Assembly (NCBI GenBank): GCA_951406725.2
Contig: OX597830.1
Coordinates: 28,458,001 to 28,522,000 of the forward strand
Direction of reading: 5' to 3'
DNA from: Octopus vulgaris
Taxonomy: Eukaryota
Length of the DNA stretch: 64,000 nucleotides
Shown: piece after piece, positions 13,595 through 27,679 of the stretch
How positions within the stretch are numbered: position 1 is the first letter of the stretch
How the letters are laid out: every line of letters begins with the position of its first letter
Translations under genes and position numbers: made by a program
Notes under the pieces: model-generated
Told to the model about the DNA's origin: nothing
The model's database searches: none
The model's input: the letters and a program-made list of their open reading frames with translations, nothing else

Positions 13595-13768
13595 TCATAT
13601 ATACAACGGGCATCTTTCAGTTTCCGTCTACCAAATCCACTCACAAGGCTTTGGTCGGCCCAAGGCTATAGTAGAAGACACATCTCCCAATATGCCATGC
13701 AGTAGAACTGAACCTGGAAGCATGTGATTGGTAAGCAAGCTACTTACCACACAGCCATTCCTACGCCT
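13356..13768 (-). mobile_element. tRNA-derived SINE family 1 (CORE-like segment, internal CA/TA microsatellite)
   Basis: Minus-strand head TGGCTGTGTGGTAAG (A box) and GGTTCAG (B box), tail (GAGTAAA)n. The other copies in the window align by eye. Confidence 0.88.
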
Positions 13769-15443
13769 ACATTATATTCTATTTTGTTTTATATTAAGTT
13801 TTTTTTCTAGTGACCCTAGCTGTTTACTTTATCTAGTATTAAAGCATTTTCAAGGCACATACTATATGATCTTGAATATTTCGGAAAGAGCTCGTACAGA
13901 ATGCTTATAATGATGCTCAGTGTTATAACCTCGCCCTTCTCTTTTTTCTCCTCCACCATTTTAGGCCCTTGAGTAAGAAAGCTTGAAATAGTATCTTGCT
14001 TCCATAAGTCAAACAAGTGCTCCTCCTATCATGCAATTTCAATCTTATGACACAATGCATCATTGTGACCATATAACAAAAGTGGTATATGATGTATTGA
14101 TCTCATACTCGAATATATACTTCCATATAAATTTCCCTCGACGAAATGGAACTCTTTTCTCATTAGTTTACTCTACTGTGCTACAATATGTACAAAAATC
14201 CAACAGTAGATGTCAGACTCATTAAGTTTTAATGGAAACCTAATTTGCCCACACATTAAGTACTTTGCATTAAGTTCAAATCTGCTACATAACATATTAA
14301 GCTCGTATTATTTAATTTCGTCCTCGCATTTGGAGCAATACCATTATCATTTCCTCAGGTAATCATTGAGCAACGAGTTAGCGCTGCTGGCTTCTGTCGG
14401 ATGCCGTTTTCTCTATATCCTTGACATGATAGCCTTTCTCGCGTCAGTTATGAATTTTTCGCTATAGCTCTCTTTACCTCTCCGATGACAACCATTAGAA
14501 GGTTGTCTTAGAATGGCGTTGTTCCACTAACCGAGGTGTATGACATGCTAAATCAGACTTCGATCAGAGATGATTTCACCGAATCTTCCTCCATTTTTTC
14601 CGGTTTGCACCGGTGTTAAAGGCGGATCTTCTGTCTTGACTACTGAACACATTTTTCTGTAGGTCTTGCATCAACAAATATGATAACTTAACTCAACTTA
14701 TTGACTAACCATGTTTGAAATTGCTGTTTTCACATGAATCTAAAAATCTCTATGTTATTCGAGTTTGGGGGCATTTTCGTAAAAGCACCTTCTTCCGTTA
14801 AATCTCTGCTGCACCGTAGGTCAATTTTCTTCTTTCTACCAGAAAATTCCAACAGAGAATCGGTTTATTTGAGAAATATTCAGTGACAAAAATAAACTGG
14901 AAATATTTTCTATGTTTCTCAGTTCGAAATCCCCATTCATTTCTTCGCTTGGCGAAAAGCGTTTGTGAGTATTATTGCCGCTGGGCATAAATAACATTTC
15001 TGTGTGTACATTCTTATTGTTGTGGTTGCTATTCCTAATTATATATCATTACTAATGTCTACTTCAATATTTGTGCTTTCTGCCAATAAATCATTATTTC
15101 ACGCTCATTGTAAAATGTTTACATATAACCACGTGATTAAATTGTCTTCATTTATCTTTCCTTGTGTGCTTTTTGTAATTTTGCTGGACGTTATGCAGTT
15201 GCCAATTTTTTTTTAGCCTAAATTTTTTAGGTGGAGGAGAATTATTTAAATAGAGTCCTGAAGGGATTTATGAAGGTGACTATAAGAAAAGTCTTTTTCC
15301 TACTACGTTTATTAAAATAAGTTCTTATGATGGACAGCATCACGTTTCCCTATATCAGACACTATTCATAATAATAATAATAATAAAAAATAATAATAAT
15401 AATAATAATAATGATGTAAGGATGATGATGGTAATGAAAATGA

Positions 15444-15508
<65 letters not shown>

Positions 15509-15629
15509 CACTTCTACTACTACAACTACTACTACTATTATTAATAATAATAATGATAATAATAATAGTAATAATAATATTTATAATAATAATAATAATA
15601 ATATTAATAATAATAATATTAATAATAAT

Positions 15630-15691
<62 letters not shown>

Positions 15692-15697
15692 TAATAT

Positions 15698-16353
15698 TGC
15701 AATACCAGGCAGTGGCTTTCATGGCTTCTGATCTTAAGTGATTGGACGTCTTATCATGTACATTGTTTTGTCTTGGTATAAAAATGGGATACATCAAATA
15801 TTTTGCTCAGTACCACAGATTTGCTAGTCAGTTGCTTGACAATAGCCAGTTGAGCTTGACCCCTTGGTGACTTACGATAACTGCATCTCTTATCTAGAGC
15901 AGAAGTAGTGGGGGAGCATCATAGCCATGTGTTGAGAGGGATTCTTTGAGGCTTCGATAAATCACCTTTGGAAACATGGGTGGTTCTTTCAACATCCTTA
16001 AACAACCCTTATTCAGGGACCTTTTGAGCGGGATAGGCTACATGTCCTGAATGAAATTGTAACTGGGGCGCAACTGCATGTTCATGCGCTGTTTGGTATG
16101 ATATGAAATCACCATGTCGCACACATGGACTTTCCGGCGGCATCGCCTACTTGACCAGAAGAAAATTCTAACTGGGCCTCACTTGCGAAGTCATGTGCTG
16201 TTTATCTTCATATGAAATCACCATGTTGCGCACCCATGTTTGTGATGCATATACCTGTGTACCCTTATCAGACGGGTAGCCATGATGGGTATACAGGGCT
16301 TCGTACATTTTTTCCCATGTTCACTTAGATGATTTGCGCCGCTCTCTCACTCA
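15698..16353 (+). mobile_element. Interspersed repeat inside trinucleotide microsatellite, probably the 3' UTR of a Dong/R4-type LINE
   Basis: Complex sequence flanked by (AAT)n and (TAC)n/(AAT)n. Internal ~75-bp duplication (GAAATTGTAACTGGG...ATATGAAATCACCATGT at ~16050 and ~16165). Ends CTCTCTCACTCAATA. The clade is inference. Confidence 0.5.
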
Positions 16354-16365
16354 ATACTACTACTA

Positions 16366-16410
<45 letters not shown>

Positions 16411-16432
16411 GATGATGATGATGATGATGATG

Positions 16433-16478
<46 letters not shown>

Positions 16479-17457
16479 TAATAATAATAATAATAATGAT
16501 TTCTTTTATTGGCCACAAGGTTCCTAGATATAGAGGACAATATCAAAAGATGAAAGGTTTATGATAATGAGGAAAGAAGACAAGACAAAGAAAAGGAAGA
16601 AGGAAGAGGAGGAGAAGGAGGAGGAGGAGGAGAAGAAGAAGAAGAAGAAGAAGAAGAAGAAGAAGAAGAAGAAGAAGAAGAATTTGAGTGTACTGGTATA
16701 GATGAAATAAACTTGTAAAATCTCGAAGTTTATCGCGTAATGAAGACGACAATAAAAATGAAAATGAGGAACACGATGGTGACGATGACAATTACAATGA
16801 TGATGATGATGATGATGATAATGACAATCATGATGACGACGACGATGATAACGATGATGGTGATGATAAACATGATGACACGATGGTTAAACATAGGAAC
16901 ACTATTGATATTTTACTGAAGGAAAGAGAAAATAATACTAATAAAGTTACGTAGAATGAAAGTAGAAAAAATATTTGTATCTTTGAGATGTATGAATAGT
17001 AGTAATAGATTAAACATAAAAAAAAGATAAAGAAAATCAAGTAAATATATAGAGATATCTCGATGAGAAAAGGTCAGAGTATTGGGAAGAGGTAGCCATC
17101 ATCGTAGCGGTGAGCACTGTTATTTCAAACCCTCAATATTCTGCTTTCGTAATCTGTTTAACACAGGAAAACGGTGAAACCGCCATCTTCGTACATAATA
17201 GAAATGAATTATATTGTGACAAAAAGCTATGATGTAAAATGTAGTCCATTACAATGACAATAGTAATGTACCCTAGTGTCACACAGAAAGGTAGACACGA
17301 AGACATACACATAGACAAGCTCACACACACACGGACACACGTACATACACACACACACGCACACTGACACAAAAAACACACATATTTATGCACATATACA
17401 CACATACACAAGAATATCCATATATATATATATGTACGCATATATATGTATTTATAC

Positions 17458-17508
<51 letters not shown>

Positions 17509-17526
17509 TACACATATATATATATA

Positions 17527-17573
<47 letters not shown>

Positions 17574-17660
17574 TTATTTATATATATGTAAATACACAAA
17601 CACATAGATTGTGTTTATGTATGTGTGAATGTATAGATAACAATCTCTCCCCCACGATCT

Positions 17661-17733
<73 letters not shown>

Positions 17734-18574
17734 TATTGCATGTATATATGTATGTATATATATATACATAGATGTATATATGTATATACACACACACACA
17801 TATATATATATATATACATATGTGTGTGTGTGTGTGTGTATATATCTTTCTCTCTCTCTGTCTCTCTCTCACTATGTATGTATGTATATATATACACATA
17901 TACATATATATAATTGTATATATACTCATATGTGTGTATTGCATACACTCATGCACGTCCTAGATTGTATGTATGTGTGTGTGTGTATGAGCGAGAAAGA
18001 AAGAAAGAAAGAAAGAGAATATGTGTGCTTCTTTAGAGTATGTAATATAATGACTTTCGAATAAAGCAGTGTTGTGGAACTATACCTGAAATAGAAGTAG
18101 AGTTAATACGTTTATCTGAAATTGAATGTCACTCTGTCATTACTTTAACCTTCTTGCTGCGACGATAGACAGAGCACTGGACACTTAAGAAAGGAAAGGA
18201 AAAAAAAATACCAGAAACCAGCTTAATGTTCTTGTGTCTTTGCTACATTTATATGGATTTTTCATGAGAACTTGCCACACAGACAACCACCATAGTACGA
18301 TTGCAATAAAATATAGATAAGTAGTTGTTAAGCATTGTAGTATATTACAAAATATATATATACATATATATGTAGGTTTTACTGGTAAAAGTAAACATAG
18401 ATATGACCTAAATGGTCTTACCTATACACATTGATACACCTATACATACAGTCAATATAGTTATACTTACATATATGTATGTGTGTTTTTTCGAGTCAGC
18501 GTGTAGATATTATACATAAGTGCACACACTCATAGATTATTACTCACACCTACGCATATACTATACATACATGC

Positions 18575-18695
<121 letters not shown>

Positions 18696-18784
18696 TATAT
18701 ACATATATATATATATACATAGAGAGAGAGAGATGGGAAAGATAGAAACAGTTAGAGAAATACATATTTACAAGCATGCATACA

Positions 18785-18822
<38 letters not shown>

Positions 18823-18884
18823 CACACATATATATATATACAATCATCCTCAAACCTACTCATACCCTAGGTTTACTGAATCCA

Positions 18885-19475
18885 ATATCTTTCTTTGATA
18901 TACAATAGCGTAGCCTTCAGTGCCTCTAGACTATTCTTGTACATGTCCACAAGCTTCCTGCATGTCTCCTGTGTGAAGCTGGCCCACTCTTCCTATGCGA
19001 AAGCCTCGATCTGTGTCATGTTGGTCGGTTTCCTAGCCACCGCTCTGGTCTTCAAGGGTCGCCTCAAGTTCTCGATCGGATTCAAGTCAAGATTCTGACT
19101 TGGCCTTTCTAGGACGTTTTCATCATAGTCCTCGAACAATTTCTTCTCTACCTTGGCAGTGTGTTTGGGATCATTGTCCTGCTGGTAAGTCTAGTTGTGG
19201 CCGAGTTTGTGTTTCTCAGCGGATTCCTTCACATTTTTATCAAGGCTCCTGATATGATCCTGCTTTTTCATGATCCTTGGACCCTGACAAGGTTCCCTGT
19301 GCCACTGGAGAGGCATCCCTAGAGCATTATGCTTACACCACCATGCTTAACAGTGGGCACAGTGTTTTTTGGCTTGTATGCTTCTCCTTTCTTCCCTAGA
19401 CGTATTCAGCATCGATATGGCCAAATAACTCCAACTTCGATTCATCAGACCACAGGATTGTTGACCAAAAGCTTG
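18885..19475 (-). mobile_element. Tc1 (DD34E) transposase remnant
   Basis: Minus strand gives ILWSDESKLELFG, TVKHGGVSIML, QQDNDPKHTAK and PSQNLDLNPIENL. Confidence 0.88.
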
Positions 19476-20704
19476 AATGAATAAGTTGAAAAGAAAGGAT
19501 ATTTTGTCTTACATTGAAAACTAAAACAAAAATATACATTCTGAAATTGTCAGACATATATATCACTAAATCTGAATACGTAAGACTGTGTATTCATAGG
19601 CAGATTGCATTATGTGCAATGTTTACCTGAATGTATTTACGTGTATGTGCGTGTGTGTGTATGTGTGTATATGTGTATGTGTGTTTGTGTGTCTCTGTGT
19701 ATCTCTGTATGTGCGCATGTATGTGTTTGTGGGTGTATGTGTGTGTGTGTGCTTCAGCGTTCGTCACAAAACCAAAATTGCCTTCCACGTAAATTAGGAG
19801 GATATGACTGACGCACATCAACGGTGCCTGAACCGAAGGATATCCAGTCAGGTCAATAGGGTTAATCACCTATTGATGATAGGTGCTCTGATTACTAATA
19901 TTGAACTTGTCCGATTTATATCATTTGGCTGAATAAAAAATGTTATTGAATATTATTCATAGGTATATATTTTTTAAAAACTTTAACACACCTCCACACA
20001 CCTACATGCATACTAACACGCACGCATATACAAATACAGAAACATAGATACAGTTAAGAATGGATAAGGGAATATCAATGTATTTTTATACACGATATGT
20101 ATATGAACATTTTTATATAGGAAAAATGGGATGTATAGAGGTATTCATGATTTTATAAATGTTTATAGAGAAAAGTTAAATATATATTATAAATGATATA
20201 TTATTTAAATGATGTAAGTGTGTACACATTCTCAAATACATATACATTTGCACGTCCGCGCATACAGAGACAGATACTCGTGTGTGTAGATGTATAATTT
20301 AAAGAATATACCAGCAAAGAAATAGTGAAGTTCATTAATGATATACATGTGAGAAAGAGTTATGAGTCAAGAATGAGCACAACTTCAGAAGGTCTGATAT
20401 GAGGCTCAACAAGAGCCGATTCGACCTATACATTATAAAGCGTGTGCATATATATATATATGAGAGTGTGGGTCTGTGTGTATAAGGAGAGAGAGAGAGA
20501 GAGATAGACAGAGTTCAAAAATGCAAAACTAGATAAGTTGAAAGAACAACAAATATGCTGCATCAGTTTAATACTTACGAAGATAGGGAGAAGTTTTTAC
20601 CGTTTCGAGCCTACTGTCTTCTACGAGAAGGACAGATGGTCAGAGGTAAAAAGGTAGACAGAAGAAACCTGTCCAAATCAAACAGTCAAAGCCTATGGCA
20701 CAGA

Positions 20705-20741
<37 letters not shown>

Positions 20742-21053
20742 TAGAGAGAGAGAGACAGGGAGAGAATGAAGGAGAGTGATAGAGAGAGAAAGAAAGAGTG
20801 AGTGATGGAACAGAGTCTTAATGAGAGATTTAGAGGTTATATAGATTTATCAATGTCATTCGTTTTCAAAACTAATTTTATTCCTTCTAACACACACACA
20901 CAAATACACACACACACACAAACACACACATATACGCGCGCACACACACACACACACACTGCGCACGCACACATTTATATTATTCCTTATAATATATAAA
21001 TATATATTAGAATATATATACCTTCTAAAATGTGTGTATATATATGTATATGC

Positions 21054-21107
<54 letters not shown>

Positions 21108-21231
21108 GTGTATATATATATATACATATATATATACATACATATATATGTATGTATATATATATATATATGTATACATAATTGGTGAATTGAAGAAATG
21201 GAGCTGAACGCAGATTGAACAGAAATCGTTT

Positions 21232-21325
21232 TATTTCATTCTACACGTGTTTCGAAAGGCACAAATTACCAAAATCCGATGGAATAATGGGACCATATTG
21301 TGTCTTTCTCTTCAGGAAGAAAATA
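21232..21325 (-). ncRNA. Minimal type I hammerhead ribozyme
   Basis: Minus strand: uauuuucuuc-CUGAAGA-gaaagacacaa-(33 nt)-uugugccuuuc-GAAA-C-ACGU-GUA-gaaugaaaua. Core nucleotides intact, palindromic stem III, predicted cleavage after the A at plus position 21242. Confidence 0.8.
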
Positions 21326-21908
21326 GGAAATCCGTTGGAAAAACAAAAACAGAACAGAGGCGGAGCAAAAACAAATCGAACTATGCTCCTAAGAGCCCAT
21401 GGCGAAACTGTTTATCAGTGTATGTTGAGAACCGGTGGCTGAAGAATTCAACGGGTCAGGCATCGGTCAATCATGTGGGTGAGGGGGCGTAGATGTTCTT
21501 TGTGACCGAGAATAAAGTTCTAACTATTTAAGGAATATTGGATGTTTTATAAGGGGCGAGAAAAAATCTACTTAGAGACGTGTGTGTGTGTATACTGTTC
21601 TATATACGTGTGTGTTGGCGTAGGGGTAGAAAACATTTTTTGTGTACGTGTGTGCGTTTGATCGTTCGGCTGTCAGTGGCTACTGCCGTGATGACCGTTG
21701 GGTGGCAGAAAAAAATATATATCATGTTTTATGTGTGTGTGTGTTCTCATTTAAGCCTGCCTTGTCAAGGAAACCCCCGCTGTGAAAAAACCAAGCCCCG
21801 TTTGTCTTACAGAAGTAATTCCCCTTGCAGTGGTTAATCGTAGATATCTTAAAGGCTATTTCAGAATTTGTTACCAAGGGCTATGGGTGCCGGTATTATT
21901 TATAAACG

Positions 21909-22929
21909 CTATTTAAAAGCCAGATAAGTGTAACGCCGCCAATGGGGGCATCGAAAAGCCGACTGTAAAAGCCCGTTTACCATCCGGCCTCTAGCAAACA
22001 AAATATGGAAGAGTTCGGAGACACAAAGGTTGCACTGCCTTCTGCCCCTATCAAATGGGAGGGCCACCGACAAAATTGACCATTCCAGCCTGTAGCTTAA
22101 GTTCGTATCCTTCAGTCGCCATATTAGCTTACTGAGTCCCGTGGTCTGGCGCTTGTTCATGTCCCGAAAAGTTGCGTAATGGTTGGAGACACGCAAAGAC
22201 AATCTTGAGGATGAGGCCCCTACATAAGTGAAGACATCTGAGTCCGTGTAAACCTTGCATTGGTAGACGGCGTTTTTGATCTTGGAGTTCGCCGACGTGA
22301 ATCTAATTCTGCTAGGATTAGTTTCTGAAATTAGAACTGCGTTCCTGTCACTATATTCGTTCCGAGACCTGCAGCCGCTTACTACTCTATTTTCCACTAC
22401 GTCACTATTAACTATAGGAATAACCCCTGATTCTCCACTATCTATCAAAGTGCTGTCATTGCTACTGCCCGTGGTGCTGCTATTGCGGGAAATGATGCTG
22501 GGGATGCTATTGGGGCTCTCTACCCTACTCCCATTGTTACCGTCAACCACAACACCCCTATTTATAACTATACCCCTAGTGGGTACTCCCTGGCTGGAGC
22601 TGAGATTATGTGTCACTGTACTGGCTCTCATATCATTATTACTACTATAATTATTCCTACTGAGCATTAAACCGGGAGCGGAAGAGGCTGTGCCTCCGGA
22701 AAAAGGTGATAGGGTCTTAGTAAGTAGCCTATTATTATGGGAGGCGATTATCTGGGCGAGGTTTTTAGTGTTGGAGAAAGCTATCCTAACTTTATGCGAG
22801 TTAACCGTGGAGTAATATTTGGAATTTCTGGGGAAGTTATTGGCGATGGCTTGTCTAAACATGAGGGGGAGGTTAGTTCTAATCTGCTTACCAAAGGGGA
22901 TTACAAACCATATATGCTTATTCCTATCA

Positions 22930-22931
<2 letters not shown>
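21909..22931 (-). CDS. PLE ORF C-terminal part: RT thumb/C-terminal extension, linker and GIY-YIG endonuclease (5' partial)
   Basis: The frame extends upstream of the called Met as [23 protein letters not shown] (cf. Naiad-type 'RNIIWFNPP..K.VKTNIG..F'). Then [15 protein letters not shown]...YVGASS...[23 protein letters not shown]...CPH. Confidence 0.85.
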
Positions 22932-23010
<79 letters not shown>

Positions 23011-23012
<2 letters not shown>

Positions 23013-23645
23013 GGGCTTGGACGAAATAATGGAAACTCCTTAAAATTTCAAACAGATTTATTTTAATATTGGGAAGGACCGCTTTTGGCAGTAATTACAG
23101 CTTGAATTATGCGAGGTATGGACTTGTACAAAGAAATTCTTGTTCATTCTTCAGCGAAAACAGTCTCCAGCTTTTGTAGTGATAATGGTGAAGGATATCC
23201 ACTCCTTACTTTTTATTCTAAAATGTACTATAAATGTTCAATAATATTCAGATCTGGGGACTGTGCTAGCCAGATAAGATGTTCAATTTCACTAGAATGA
23301 ACCTCGTGCCATTCAGTAACAAATTTAGCTGTGTGAATTGGTTCATTATCAAACTGAAAAATTGCGTTTCCCTCCAAAAACAGTTCCATAACCATAGGAT
23401 GAATTTGATCAGATAATATGTTTAGTCTTGACTATTAATTCTGCTATGAAGGGAAACCATTGGGGTGGCGGATTTCCAGGATATAGCCCCACCCCATATC
23501 ATCACAGATCTTACTCCATATTTAACAGGTGGAAAAAGGCAGCTTGGGTCAAATGCTTCTTTTGGCTGTCTCCACACCTATACTCAGCCGGTGGTATGAA
23601 ATAAGGTAAAGGATGACACGTTCGAGAAAATAACATTCTTCGAGT
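23011..23645 (-). mobile_element. Tc1-family remnant with one TIR
   Basis: TA|CAGGGCTTGGACGAAATAATGGAAAC terminus. Minus-strand FQFDNEPIHTAK and WLAQSPDLNIIEHL. Truncated at a SINE array. Confidence 0.8.
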
Positions 23646-23652
23646 GCTCTAA

Positions 23653-24088
23653 GAAATACCTATTTCTTTACTACCCACAAGGGGCTAAACACAGAGAGGA
23701 CAAACAAGGACAGACAAACGGATTAAGTCGATTATATCAACCCAGTGCGTAACTGGTATTTATTTAATCGACCCCAAAAAGATGAAAGGCAAAGTCGACC
23801 TCGGCGGAATTTGAACTCAGAACGTAGCAGCAAACGAAATACTTATTTCTATACTACTCATTTCTTTACTACCCACAAGGGGCTAAACACAGAGAGGACA
23901 AACAAGGACAGACAAACGGATTAAGTCGATTATATCGACCCCAGTGCGTAACTGGTACCTAATGTATCGACCCCGAAAGGATGAAAGGCAAAGTCGGCCT
24001 CGGCGGAATTTGAACTCAAAACGAAACGCAGACGAAATACTGCTAAGCATTTCGCCCGGCGTGCTATCGATTCTGCCAGTTCGCCGCC
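23653..24088 (-). mobile_element. Meta-like SINE dimer (one head plus tandem ~180-bp body units)
   Basis: Two copies of ATTTCTTTACTACCCACAAGGGGCTAAAC...GATGAAAGGCAAAGTCG...GAATTTGAACTC. The head GGCGGCGAACTGGCAGAA occurs once, at 24088. Confidence 0.9.
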
Positions 24089-24114
24089 TCACTCTCGTGA
24101 AATATACGTCACAC

Positions 24115-24305
24115 GTTTTGGCACAAGGCTAGCAATTTCGAGGGAGAGGGCTAGTCGAATACATCGACCCTAGTGTCCAATTGGTAAGTATTTTATCAAC
24201 CTCGAAAAGATGAACGACAAAGTCGATCTCGGCGAATTTTGGATCAGAATGTAAAGACAGACGAGAATTTCTGCGGTGTGTTGACGATTCTGCCAGCTCC
24301 CCGCC
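24115..24305 (-). mobile_element. Meta-like SINE monomer with a different tail
   Basis: Same head and core, tail CTTGTGCCAAAA. Further monomers at ~27745-27928 and ~61718-61916. Confidence 0.8.
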
Positions 24306-25289
24306 TTACTCTCGAAAAACATTCTTAGAAATGTATACAGAACTACTTTTAGAAAACGCTGAAGACACACTTATACGTTTAATATACGGGGTTCATGTAA
24401 CAGAAAATTTAGAATTAGGGACCTGCAAATATAGTTAGACATGATGTACCTCACGTAAATGAAATCGTATGTTGCTGCACATGTCATTCTCTCCCGATCG
24501 CCAGGTTTGTTTCCTTCATCCTATATTTTTTTAATTTGTTGTTGTTAATTTATTCCAAAGAGTTACTTTATAAATCTATTTTGACTTTAGCCGCCAACGT
24601 GGTAGCTATAGCCTACATTGTATATATTTATTGTTCTATTCACTGCACAGTTTTAAAGGCGAAAGATATAACTTAGATTTCGCACTTATTTCAAGCTATT
24701 CGAAGACTTCTGTTAAGGATTCCTTCTGTCCGAAATATAATTTTCGTTCCTTTAACGGCGTATATAGTCATCAATTAAAAGGTATTAACTATATAATTTT
24801 AAAATATACGTTATATATATGCAGTGAAATGTGCCAGCCAAACAAAAATACAATCGATTATGGCATTTGAATAGCGCATTGTCTGTCGTAAATATATTTT
24901 GTTAACTTGGATGGCGCTGTGTATATATATTTATAAAGCTACATGGATACATCGGTGAGTGGACCGGTCGGTAGGTTGTTAGTAGATATGTAGAAAGATG
25001 TGATTATAGATAGTTAGGTACGCAACGTGTTAGATGCTACCTTGTTATATATATATATATATATATATATATAGATACAGATTGATAGATATAGATATAT
25101 ATATATAACTGTATTAGCATATATGTGTTTGTATATATGAAATTATGTGTTCGTGTATTTCAACGTACATGTATGCTAATTATAATGTAGATAAACAAGC
25201 AGTTAGTTAGATAGAGAACGAGGTAGATATTTACATAACATTAGATAACGCAATGTGAAATGAAATACCTACAACATAGACACACACAC

Positions 25290-25361
<72 letters not shown>

Positions 25362-25396
25362 ACATATATATATATACATACATATATATGTAGATC

Positions 25397-25428
<32 letters not shown>

Positions 25429-26241
25429 TATAGATAGATAGATAGATAGATAGATAGGTAGGTAGGTAGATATACATACACCAAGCCCATGCATTTAAAT
25501 GAATTAGTGAGAGAATTTCTTCTTGATGGTTATGTAAATATTAAGACGATGTTTTGTGTAGGATAATGAGTGTAAATACACCAAACATTAGAAAAATAAC
25601 TGCGATGCAAACACGAAGGAAAAAGTCAGACTTTTACAACACAGCTCGCTCATTTCATGTTATCCAGTGTCGTTTAATCACTAACGAAAGATGATTCCGT
25701 TTTAAACAGTGCAATTATGGCAGAAATCAACATAGAACAAACTAAATTCTTATTCTTGGAGAAATTTCTGCCTCGGGGTAGACATAAGCTTAGAGAATTC
25801 ATTTCCGCAATGGAACTCTGTTTTCGCCAATTACAAGCTGTTAGAAGACGTGTTCTTACAACTCCAAACAATCCTAATAAAAAGAAGAAAAAAATGGAAT
25901 ACAAGTAAATAAAATCAAATATAATCAAATATACAAATAAATACATATACAAATTTATAACAAAATAAGTCAAGAAAGAAAGAAAATTTAGCCAAAACTA
26001 GACTTGTAAACATACAATGGAAATTAAGCTAACACAAACAATGGGAAAAAATACAAACACACACTAGGAACAAGAATGCAACCGAAAAACAATGTACAAA
26101 AAAATAAAACGAAAATTAATATAAAAAACCTAGTAACAATACCTAAGCCAAAATCTATGCAAAGAAACAACTAACAAGGTAATGTAAGCAAACACAACTA
26201 AAAACAGTAACAACAACAATAACAAGAACAACAACAACAAC

Positions 26242-26278
<37 letters not shown>

Positions 26279-26374
26279 TCAATAATAATAATAATAATAA
26301 TAATAACAGTAATAGTAATAACAAGAAGAACAATGCTTCTGTCACTGCTGTTATTGTGCTGCTGCTGCTGCTGG

Positions 26375-26434
<60 letters not shown>

Positions 26435-26836
26435 TACTACCACTACTAGCACCACCACACCTCCTGCTGCTGCTGCTTCTACTACCATTACTAATAATGA
26501 TAATAAGGGCAATTACAGAAAGACAAGATGGCGTACAATAATCAAGGTTGCTTAAAAAGATAGAGGAAGGAAGGAAGAGAGAAAGGGAAAAGGAAAGTGA
26601 TAAGAAAATGAAAAAGCAAAAAAATTAAGAGACTAACAACTGATAGCAAATTCTGCACGGTTCCATGGTGCCGCTTATTGTCGAGAGTATCAATATATAA
26701 TGTTTTGGGCAACAACTATATAATCTAGGCAAGGTTGTAATTGGTTGGAATCGGGACTCTTGTTACGGTGGCGAGGACAACAAGGAAAAAGACAAACTTT
26801 TGAACGCATACATATGCATCACCTCTCGTATGTATG

Positions 26837-26885
<49 letters not shown>

Positions 26886-27527
26886 GCATATATATGTAGT
26901 TATATACATATATATATATACACGTATATATATATATATGTATGTATACATGTATATATATATATATATATACACGTATATATATATGTATACATGTATA
27001 TATATATATATATATATACACATGTATAATTATATATATATATATGTATACATATATATATATACATACATATATATATATATATGTGCATATATGTATG
27101 TAACTTTAGATATATAGAGATATGTCTATATGTTTATGTATACATACATCTATATAAAATACATATGTAGATACATACACACACAGAAACATATATATAT
27201 ATAAATGTGTGTGTGTGTATAATCTGAAAAATATAATGAAATAAAGCATAGCGTAAATTCAATACAAAATTGCAAAGAAACAGCCAGAGAACATAAAGAA
27301 AGCAAAGGTGGTATTTTTGTTTAGTAATTACGTGCAAATATCAATATTACATTGTTAGTGCCTACCTAGTGTTTACCGCTACTGTAGCTACTACTGGTAA
27401 ATCTGCTGCTGCTGCTGCTGCTGGTGTTGCCAAACTTTGAGCACTCGCTACATTTGTTATTGTCGTTGATGTTGTTGTCTTCCTGCCTGTTCATAATATT
27501 GTCGTTGTATTTTTGTTGCTCTTTGCA

Positions 27528-27620
<93 letters not shown>

Positions 27621-27633
27621 AAGCAGCAGCAGC

Positions 27634-27679
<46 letters not shown>

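Larger units (their letters stand above)
21180..22932 (-). mobile_element. 5'-truncated Penelope-like element (Naiad-type) inserted in (TA)n
   Basis: Open frame from the TA tract at 22932 to the stop at 21909, then ~730 nt of 3' UTR ending in a hammerhead motif next to the (TA)n tract. Confidence 0.85.

Noticed and set aside
22276-22650. 124-aa antisense ORF over the PLE linker
   Set aside because: It is a Leu/Thr-rich shadow of the low-complexity linker with no independent evidence.
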